A DNA stretch of 62,978 nucleotides, filler included, from Streblomastix strix (taxonomy: Eukaryota), in the NCBI GenBank assembly GCA_008636045.1. It is 3 parts of 3 records of this genome, joined end to end, with 100 filler letters (N's around TTAATTAATTAA, not from the genome) between each part and the next. Parts side by side here need not be neighbours in the genome. Positions count along the whole stretch, not along the records: positions 42,060 to 62,978 come from SNRW01000408.1; 2 more parts are not named here. One strand, given 5' to 3'. The notes beneath the pieces were generated by a model that worked only from the letters and a program-made list of their open reading frames with translations, made no database searches and had not been told where the DNA came from. Below are positions 54,188-62,978 of the stretch, piece after piece; position 1 is the stretch's first letter; each line of letters opens with the position of its first letter. The position numbers were made by a program, and so were the translations under genes.

Positions 54188-55901
54188 ATGAATTGATTTC
54201 TAATAAAAACCACACATTTGCAACAAGAAGGAACCATTGAAGAAACATTATTAGGTAATCCGGTTGTTTTATTTATTAATGATGGCGAACATCATTATTC
54301 TATCATAGAAATTAAACTAGAATCGTAAAAACTAGCGTTGCTTGAAAAAGAAATAATCATTAGTTTATCAGATATAGGCCACGACTTAACATAGATTTAA
54401 AATTCATTCTTGTCAGTAGTGCTAACTGCTAATATTTAACTTGATGAAAAATTTGATAAAATTGACGAATCATATAAAGACGGATTGGATCTATTTGTAA
54501 GACCCAAATCAGGTTCAAATTTTGTTAGAAAATACACCATCTATCATAGTTGTAAAACCATTGATGGAAGTCTATAGAATGGTACAACAACCGAATTAAT
54601 TATTTATAACACAATCAAGCCAAAAAGTGAGAAAAATGGTAGAAAACATATATATTCCTTTTATGAGAATATTCATAAATTTGAAACATCAAAGTATGAA
54701 ACATATATAAATAAGCTAGAAATTGAAGCGCTAATAGGAAATTATGCATCTGTTCTATGTACAATTTTAATACTATTCAGAGTTAGCGTTCCAGTTGATG
54801 ACCTCTTGATATTCTCTGCCTTCACTGATTATCCTAATGGTCTATTTGATGATTTAAAAATAAAATTCGAAGTAAATCCTCATGCATTCGTTTTCTATTA
54901 AGTGAATCCTATTATTTCAATGGCTAAATATTAAACAATGAATAAAGATGAATTATTGGGTAGTAGTCAGTAGAAGCAAATGGATATTGATTTGATGTTA
55001 AGAAAATGGAGTCTGTCATTCAAATATATTAAATAATTTACACAGCTTGGATGCATCGTTGACTTGATAACAGGACTACGTACGGAACCATTAACTGAAT
55101 CAGGACTGAAGAACTTAGTTTGCGACATCAAACCAGTTACAATGAGCATAAAAAATTATGTCATTACCGAGGTAACAGCTAACATGACAGGTAATAATGC
55201 TACTGATATTTGTCTTAATCGTGTCCGATAATTCTACAGCTAACGTCCATTTGTTATCCCTGCCTAACTAGTAGAAATATGGCCATTTCCAACGTCTGCT
55301 ACATTAATTGGAATATGAATATCTTAAATTATTCATCTGTATCACGTAACCAACTTCTGTCTTCTATTTCCGAAAGATGCTAGAGCAACAACTTGCTTTG
55401 AAAATCCTTGCAATCAAAACATGTAAATAACCACCTGTGGTCGAAACTTTCCAAATATGCCTCTGAATAAGCTTGACCAATAATTCTTCCAATTATAACT
55501 CAATGCGTCAAATCTGGACCTGTTATTAGATACTACTGATGAATTTGAAAATGCTTTGACAACGCCTATTAAATACAGTTATTCGATGACTTAATCCTCG
55601 CACTGATTTAACATGCTTTTTGATAACACTTTAATGTGAAAAGAACAGCAATGGAGCATTAACTTTCGATGGATTAAACACTCAGAATCAGAACACTTCT
55701 ATCGAACTCAAATGAGAACCAATATATAAAGGAGCAACAGATTCATGCTATAATGTAAATACCAATGGAAAGAGACCACCACCACCGATTTTACATACGG
55801 TTCATGATACATTTTGGTTATACTCACCAGCAGCAGGTGGAAGCTGCATATATGAGACTAACCACTCGCTTGATAAAGTTATTGGATCACTTAGTTTTTG
55901 A
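54188..55901 (+). pseudogene. Candidate double-jelly-roll major capsid protein (~570 codons)
   Basis: Beta-strand-rich; KSGSNFVRKYTIYH, VSVPVDDLLIFSAFTDYPNGLFDDLKIKF pattern; size and context with ATPase and pPolB; internal TGAs. Confidence 0.6.
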
Positions 55902-56017
55902 GAACATTTTTGTTTTTTTATCTATGTATATAGCTAACATTTAAACATTAATAATAACTTTAACAAAATTGGTTAATTAGTTATATAGGTATTTTTTTTT
56001 ATTTTATTTCATAACAA

Positions 56018-56372
56018 ATGGCGTCGAATATGACTTCTGCACAAAACTTAATATGTTACACATTGACATAAGATAACGGAGTAATTATAGCTTAGAATGT
56101 TTAAAACGCTCAAATAAGTGGAGTAGGTTTTGCATTACTATACGTCTTTGAAAATTTTGATAATTAAAAAAAAATAATATTCTACTAATGCCACTACAAT
56201 AATGTAGGCTCTGATGCAAACATTTCTGTTCATAGTTCAATGGTTTAAGAAGAATAATATTTCGATTAATTTGTAGGTTATTGTAATGAATAACGTGTTT
56301 ATTAGCCTTTCATCCATCACAACCTCTACAGATATTTATACACATGGTTCCGTTAGAACTAAGAGTTATTGA
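56018..56372 (+). pseudogene. Small viral hypothetical ORF remnant
   Basis: MASNMTSAQNLICYTLTQDNGVIIAQN..., frameshifted. Confidence 0.35.
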
Positions 56373-56595
56373 ACATAAATTAATAGCTAAAATTTGTTCT
56401 TGAATTAATACTGAAATATTGATTTAAATTATTTATTTTTTAGGGACTTAATTTAATTCCTTGATTGACGTAGATATTTTTATTCAAATCATCAGTCCGC
56501 GCTATTGCCCAAATTTTGGCACTAAATTGACGTCGATATTTTTGTTTAATTAATTTTTAGAAATTGAATTTAATATTTTTTATTCGAACCTTTTA

Positions 56596-57475
56596 TCTCA
56601 TAAAAAATAGAATCAACTTCAACAACACAACAAATTACATTTAACAATGAAACTTTCACTCTTGCCTCTTATATCGGTTTTGAGATAGTGACTAAAGATA
56701 ATGATGGATATATCAATGGTTCAAAACTTGTTTCTTCAATAATTGAAAAAGAAAAAACAAAGCAAATAATTAAAGAAAATAGTTTAATCTCCGATGTTTA
56801 GAGAATACAAAGAACATATCTAAAATATTTGTTGAGCTTAATGAGCCTAACAATAATATGACTATTAATTTGGAAATTAATTTAATATTGAAACCGGAGG
56901 GACATATATTCATAAAGAATTAGTTAATGTGATATGTAAGAAAACATCAATAAAATATATCGAATATGTCCATTAATTCATGGATTAAATCAACAAAAGA
57001 ATACATTTAGAATATCAATTAGATGATTCAACCAGTATGGCCGAAAAAGCTTCTATAACATTTGATAGAGATATGGAAGAACGATAAGCATAAATAAATT
57101 AATTAAAAGAATAAATAATATAGAAAGAAAATGAAACTAAATAATTAGATACTAGTGCTGTTCCTGAAGGTTATTAATCAGATTATATATTCGCTGTTTA
57201 GGTAGAAGATGATGACAAAATCGACAACGCTGTCCTTTATACCAGAAGGAGAAACAAATATTGTACGAGTAAAAAATTAATGAAAGAGTTATAAGAATGG
57301 TTATTATTCTATGAAAAAATACTTCTAAATATATCAAAAGAATTATGAAATTATAGATAAATCAAAAAATTATTTTGGAGATTAAATATAATTTCATAAG
57401 TGCAGAAACATCTTTAAACCTGAATTGTCGAATGATTTCATTAATTTTATAAGACATATGATGGAAGACAAATGA
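56596..57475 (+). pseudogene. KilA-N domain protein
   Basis: FNNETFTLASYIGFEIVTKDNDGYINGSKLV and GTYIHKELV motifs, then coiled coil. Confidence 0.75.
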
Positions 57476-57871
57476 ATGACATAATTTTATTTAATTTTGA
57501 AGAAAATAAATGACAAGAATTTTGTTCGACAATAGAAAAAACAATTAATTCTCAAATTAATTCTCATCGAAATTGTAATTAGAATAAGATGAATATGAAA
57601 ATGTACCTCTCGAGGAGGGGGTCGAAGGAATCAAACAATTCATGCCATTTGAGAGCATAAATGATTTCAAATAATTTATTTCCTAAAATCAATAATAATT
57701 ATTTAAATTAACATCGTAAAAATTATATAAATTATTTAAATTGGAAAGCTATTAATTATCAAAAATAGAAGGTCAAGTATGCATAAGAACACGTGCTAAA
57801 GAATAATTAAACAGGATTGAAAATAAATTAGACAAGTTCTTGGATGTTTTGAACCATTTGGTTGAAGCATT

Positions 57872-57970
57872 TAATGAATGACTTTTGACTGCACCGAGTG
57901 CATCGAATGCATCGAGTCAAAAACTTTCAACAAAAACTGCTGCCAGCCTGCCATTCTGCCAGATTGTTAG
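57872..57970 (+). repeat. Inter-module motif, copy 3e
   Basis: TAATGAATGACTTTTGACTGCACCGAGTGCATCGAATGCATCGAGTCAAAAACTTTCAACAAAAACTGCTGCCAGCCTGCCA. Confidence 0.85.
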
Positions 57971-58009
57971 GTCGGTCTTCCGACCTCCGTCTGTGGCTCG
58001 TTTCAGATA

Positions 58010-58808
58010 ATTTTTACAACTGTTCCATTCATTTCGTATTATACTACTAATGCTTACTATTTGGTTAGTCATACTTATTCATACTAAATTGTTTCTTTAT
58101 CCGATGGAATCGAAGATTACTAAAAAATTTATTTAAATTTAATCTGTAAAATGAACATAAGAACCATAATGAATCAAGATTTAATTTAATTGCAGCGTCT
58201 AAACTAATGATGTCTTGCAAACAAAGGAAATAAGTTATTCTAGGCTATTAATTCTTAAATAACTTTTAAACGGAGTATTATTTTTATTTTTTAAATATAC
58301 TCATTGCATCGTCATATAAAACAATTGTATGAGGAAAATTAATGTTAAATTTACCGTATCCACTAACTCTAAACGCATTGGTTAATATATCTTCCTTTGA
58401 TTGTTCTGATAGTTCATTTTATTAGTATTTTTCTTAAATTTCATCATAAGCATATTTTCATTCTATCAAATCATTCAATACTTAATCTGCATCAGCATAT
58501 GGAATAATTTTTGTAAGAATTTTAATTAAATCGTTCAATTTTTTATAAGTGATGTCATTATTTGAGTCGCTGACGTAAATGAACAGTGTATAACATTGTT
58601 TTTTTTATTAGGTCAATTTTATTAACTCTTTGAAGACATTTTATGTCTTACCACTACCACACTAATCTATCAGTTAATTTATAGACTTATATGTAAAATT
58701 TAATTCCTTATGAAAAATTGTTTAAACTTCGTGCTTATTCACTTTTATTTCTTTTAACATATTATCTATTTTTTATTTTAAACACGCAATTTTTATATAA
58801 TGATTCAT
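58010..58808 (-). pseudogene. A32/FtsK-like genome packaging ATPase
   Basis: Degenerate Walker A INQLIDQCGSGKT (~58645-58685), Walker B HTIVLYDDA, PRITYFLCLQD; frameshifts. Confidence 0.75.
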
Positions 58809-58929
58809 ATTTTTTAACGATAAAAAATAAAATTGCGGAAGAAAAAATTTAATAAATTGAAAGAGAAGTAAAGATAGAATTTGAAATAGAAAGAAATAAA
58901 GGTTCAGGTAGATAACAAGGTGCAAGTTT

Positions 58930-59911
58930 GATGGAAGTTGATGGAATGGAGGATGATTACGATTATTATGAATTGCAAGCAGCAAGATAAGACAGAATGA
59001 AATCACGAGCAAAACCGTTTGGTAGGCTGCCGTTCCATCCATCAATGATTCAAAGAACAAGAAATAATGGAGGCACATAATTTAGAGAGGAGACAGGGAA
59101 TGTCCTTGCTATATCCAATGGTTATTTAAAGAGAGATTTTAAGAAAATTTATAGGTTACCGTCTGCCGTTAGTGCTCAAAAATATATAAATGATAAACAT
59201 TTAGGCAAATGATTTAGTGTTTATGACTATAGTTTTGATGATAATGAAGCTATATCAGACAATATGGTTGTTTATTATAAGAAAAGGAATGCAATTTATT
59301 CAGTCGATAGTTATACAACAGCTGTAGGATTTAGTGATCCAGATCATTAACTTGAAAGAAATTGGAAGAAATAATATTATACAGATGTTAATGATTTTGA
59401 ACAAGCATTATTGGCAGCCAAATTAAAACAATAAGGAACAAAAGGTGGACCTCACATGAAATGACTATCAATAACTAAGCCACATAAAGTAAAAGAAATA
59501 AAACTACATAGTCTCAGAGCATTCGCCGTCGATGCAAAAAAAATCATAGATCAAAATGGAAGTGCATAATTGCCAATGGCTACCAAATAACAAATAAAAG
59601 CATATATTTGGAATTCTGTATTTATTACTCCTGCTGTTGAAATACTAGAAAGATAAGACGGAAAAATTGACTTTTATAACAGATATAATAAAACAGATGT
59701 AAAATTAGGTGATTATAAATATTTGCCAATTGCTAAAAGAGTATGTAAGAAAGAAATTCCTACCGTTATTGCTTAATTATGTACTTATTAGCAGATTTGT
59801 AATAAAATTGCATAAGCTAACGCTCAAGAAATGTAGCATTAGGATAATAGTATAGTTTAGAGATTACAATAGATTTGTTGTTATGAGATAGTTAAATATA
59901 AGTTCGTTTGA
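58930..59911 (+). pseudogene. Viral hypothetical protein (~325 aa)
   Basis: MEVDGMEDDYDYYELQAARQDRMKSRAKPFGRLPF... one frame to TGA 59909 with two internal TGAs. Confidence 0.55.
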
Positions 59912-59929
59912 AACAATTAATTATTTTTA

Positions 59930-60033
59930 TTGATGTTTCTCATTGTTGGCAAATTGGCAGGCTGGCAGCAGTTTTTGATGAAAGTTTTTGACTCGATCCA
60001 CTCAATCTACTCGATTCAATCAAAATTCATTCA
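59930..60033 (-). repeat. Inter-module motif, copy 3f
   Basis: TGGCAAATTGGCAGGCTGGCAGCAGTTTTTGATGAAAGTTTTTGACTCGATCC...ATCAAAATTCATTCA. Confidence 0.85.
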
Positions 60034-60589
60034 CTATTCATACCATTTCATCGTCCAATTTTCGAATATTTCGTTGATGTTTTCTGACTCGAAATATTCG
60101 GAACAACCAATGTTCAAACTGATAGAACAGTCTATTAACATAATTATTTTATATTTTTATTTAAATAAATGATAGATAAATGTGGTTATAACTCGTAAAG
60201 AAGACGCATGCCTCCGATTGTACCTCCGATTACGCCACTTAATTAATCACTTAATTAATCACCTTACGAATTGCCTAGATAAACACAGTCATAATTGATA
60301 CAAATGTAGGACTACATTATATATAAATGCAAAATCGCAACTACCAGCCATCACCAGAATTATATATGGAACATCAACAATATTAACTGTCTTAAATGCA
60401 CGATTATATCGCGCAAATGCAAGCTCGTAATTACCAGTTATCACCTGAACTGCTACCAGAACAATACGAAACTAACGAAGTGCGAGTGGATCATCAACAG
60501 AATTTAAAATACTAAAACTAAAATCAAAAATAATAAGAGAATTAATGATTCTATATGACCCCAAAATTTAATAAAAAATAAATATTAAT

Positions 60590-62978
60590 GAATTGAGGTC
60601 ATAATTTTCATTAATTTTAGATAAAATTGATTTTAATAATGGTAGAAACAATAGGGATATTATTAGAAATGTAATATTTTAATTTAGACTATTTGCATAA
60701 AGAATCAAATATGATACTTAATTAGGCCTTCAAAATGAAGAAATAATAGGAAAAATTTAAGTTTAAAAATTTGTGCAAAGATAAAATAATCTTTAGAATA
60801 TGAGGATTTCGGACGAATAAAACATATAGCACAATTAATTCATTGATAAAATTAAGGAAGAATAGCGAGAAAAACATGCAATTTTATAAAGGAAATTTAA
60901 AAATAAAAAATAAATCATAAATTAAAAGAAAGTGCTGATGTGTTCAAGAGCGTTTAAGAAGAAATAGAAGAAGTTAATGAAGAGTATAGTGATAAGAATT
61001 ATAAACTATTTAACGTCCAATAAAATAAGATTATGTTATGCATACCACAATTGGAAGAAGAATATGAAAAAAATGAATTAGTTTCGAACGAAAATATATA
61101 TAAAATTTACATGTATAATATAACCCATTTTATGCTTAGACAATTAGTTCAACAAAAGAGTATTACAAAAACGATTTAAAAAACAATAGAAGATGTTGAT
61201 ACTTATTTAGATGAAATATATTAGCGTGAATATAAATTTGCGTTCAAAATTGAATTTGATTTTGGAGTTATCATTGAACAAGTCGATGGTTAAGAAAATG
61301 AATAATAAATAACGTATAAATTAATTCATCCCCTTGAAGTTAGAACAGAAATGAAAGCACCTACAACCATACGTACACATTTAGATTTAGCGGATTATAA
61401 ATGATTCATTAGAAACAACATCATCTTAATGCAAAAGCTAACTATTATGGGTACTAAAGAGAAAATAATAAGTATATTTTCAATAATGATTCAGATGTTT
61501 CGTCTTCTACACGCAGGAGCAGGTAGTCCAATAATACTTTTATTAAAGAAGCATATTATGATGCTTGAGATTCGATATATTGACCCTGAAAAATAATTAA
61601 AATTTTTGTTTCTTTCTAGCATATTCATTTATTACAATGCCAGACATCAAGGTGTATGTTGCTGCTGAAGGTTCCGCTATTGCTGCAAGGCGTTATAAGG
61701 AACATTCACGAATTGCAGAAGCTAAACGAATAATTTAAAGATTTTATGACAAAAAAATTGATGACAGTTTTCAAGGGTTTAGTTGTGCAGCAGAAATAGA
61801 TTAGTTTGTTTAGAATGAAAATTTAAATATAAATGTGTTAATTAACGAAGCATCATTAGAAAAATCAAATGATTTATCTGCAAATTCAAGAGCCAATTGA
61901 ACAGCAGAAATCGGTAGTTATTATTTATGGAAGCAGTACGGAAGAAGTGAATTGAACGAATAAACTAAAGAATTTAATATTCTTTTAATTATTAACACAA
62001 TCAACGAACTACAAATAGCTCATGATTTTATATAAATGAAGTTGAGGCACTGACTGGTTAAAAATATTGCCCTATCTGCGGAATGTAGGCTTATAAGATC
62101 AGATATTCAAATTTATAATTAAAGCTAAAAAGACACTTGTAAAAAATGTTAAAAAAATGTTGAAAAGATAGTAAAAAAAATATTTATAAAAAAATTTCCA
62201 AGACTTTATGTTCCTCATATATTGAATAATGTTAGCTACAAGTATCTTCTGGCCCATTGTCGAGAAGATGAATTCAAACCTACAAAATATTATATAACAT
62301 ATGATACTGAAACCGCTGAAAGAATCGTTAATGAATAATTCGGTGATAATTCAAAACATATTTCAAAACTAAAACAATTATCAATAGCGAGTACAATAAA
62401 AATAAAAAATAAAAAAATCGACTAAATTTATTCTATTTATTTTGACATACGAACCCCTAACTTTATTAATGTGTGGATTAAATAATTGTTTAATGAAGCC
62501 GGAAAAGTTATTGATTCAAACAAATATGAAGACGAGTCGATACAATATCATTATAAGTTACCAATTATTAGCTTTAATTCTTCAAAGATTGATGTTGCAT
62601 TAATTCTTAAAAATTTTTAAAGCGATGAGGGGCAAATAATTAAATATCTTGGTAGGGGTTCAAACGTTAAATAACTAGTTGTTAAACAAAACATATTTGA
62701 AATCAAATTGCAGTTCATTGATGCTATGATTTATTGTACAAAAATTAAATTAAAATAATTCAAAAAAGGTTTCACTTCTAAAACAACGTAAAGCATTCCA
62801 GAGAAGTTAAAGCTTCCATGAGAATTCATCAATTACAACAATTATAATGAGATAATGAATAATTCTTAGCTATTTCTGATAGAAACATTAAATAATGAAA
62901 TTAAAAATAAAAATATATGTCAAGTGAAATATTAAAATTATTAATCAATTGCTTAGCTACACACAAAATGTAGGGATT
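60590..62978 (+). pseudogene. Protein-primed family B DNA polymerase, N-terminal and exonuclease part (3' truncated; 5' boundary approximate)
   Basis: FAFKIEFDFGVII, KYCPICG, Exo I YYITYDTET (~62290), Exo II IISFNSSKIDVALI (~62570), LQFIDA; multiple frameshifts. Confidence 0.8.

Larger units (their letters stand above)
44577..62978 (+). mobile_element. Endogenous Polinton-like virus, copy 2 (>18.4 kb, truncated by contig end; decayed)
   Basis: Starts AGTAGTTAT; primase-helicase, fibre, candidate MCP, KilA-N, A32-like ATPase, pPolB; no introns seen; many nonsense and frameshift lesions. Confidence 0.88.

Noticed and set aside
1..54770. Two viral copies as one giant inverted-repeat element spanning the window
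   Set aside because: They lie on different contigs, are clearly diverged and represent the same end of the element
57510..57880. Possible small viral ORF (also ~60170-60560)
   Set aside because: Coding-like but too degraded to define frame or product

Overview
Very AT-rich eukaryotic (protist) DNA read with a non-standard code (TAA/TAG = Gln, TGA = only stop) and with short GT-AG introns. This is why the supplied ORF track is fragmented. Code plus gene content fit an oxymonad/metamonad such as Streblomastix (inference). The window is three unrelated ~20.9-kb contigs (1-20931, 21032-41959, 42060-62978) joined by artificial 100-nt N-TTAATTAATTAA-N linkers. Contigs 1 and 3 each carry the same terminal part of a decaying endogenous Polinton-like virus (1-9807 and 44577-62978, opposite orientations). 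It has an AGTAGT terminus with a subterminal fold-back, a primase-SF3 helicase, a modular fibre-like gene, an amphipathic small protein, a candidate major capsid protein, KilA-N, an A32-like packaging ATPase and a protein-primed PolB. The most striking feature is a ~100-bp structured motif between the viral gene modules, in strictly alternating orientation, whose halves co-vary with the module they touch. Contig 2 is one 10.3-kb-arm palindrome (probably an amplification artefact) with host genes, including a DNAAF11/LRRC6 homolog, an apparent SF3B1-N-terminus/SNIP1-FHA fusion and an RRM-RRM-exonuclease-RRM protein. Host CDC50, HEAT-repeat and Cys-rich genes and two pogo-like DDE transposase relics are also present. 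All family assignments come from manual translation and motif recognition, not database searches.
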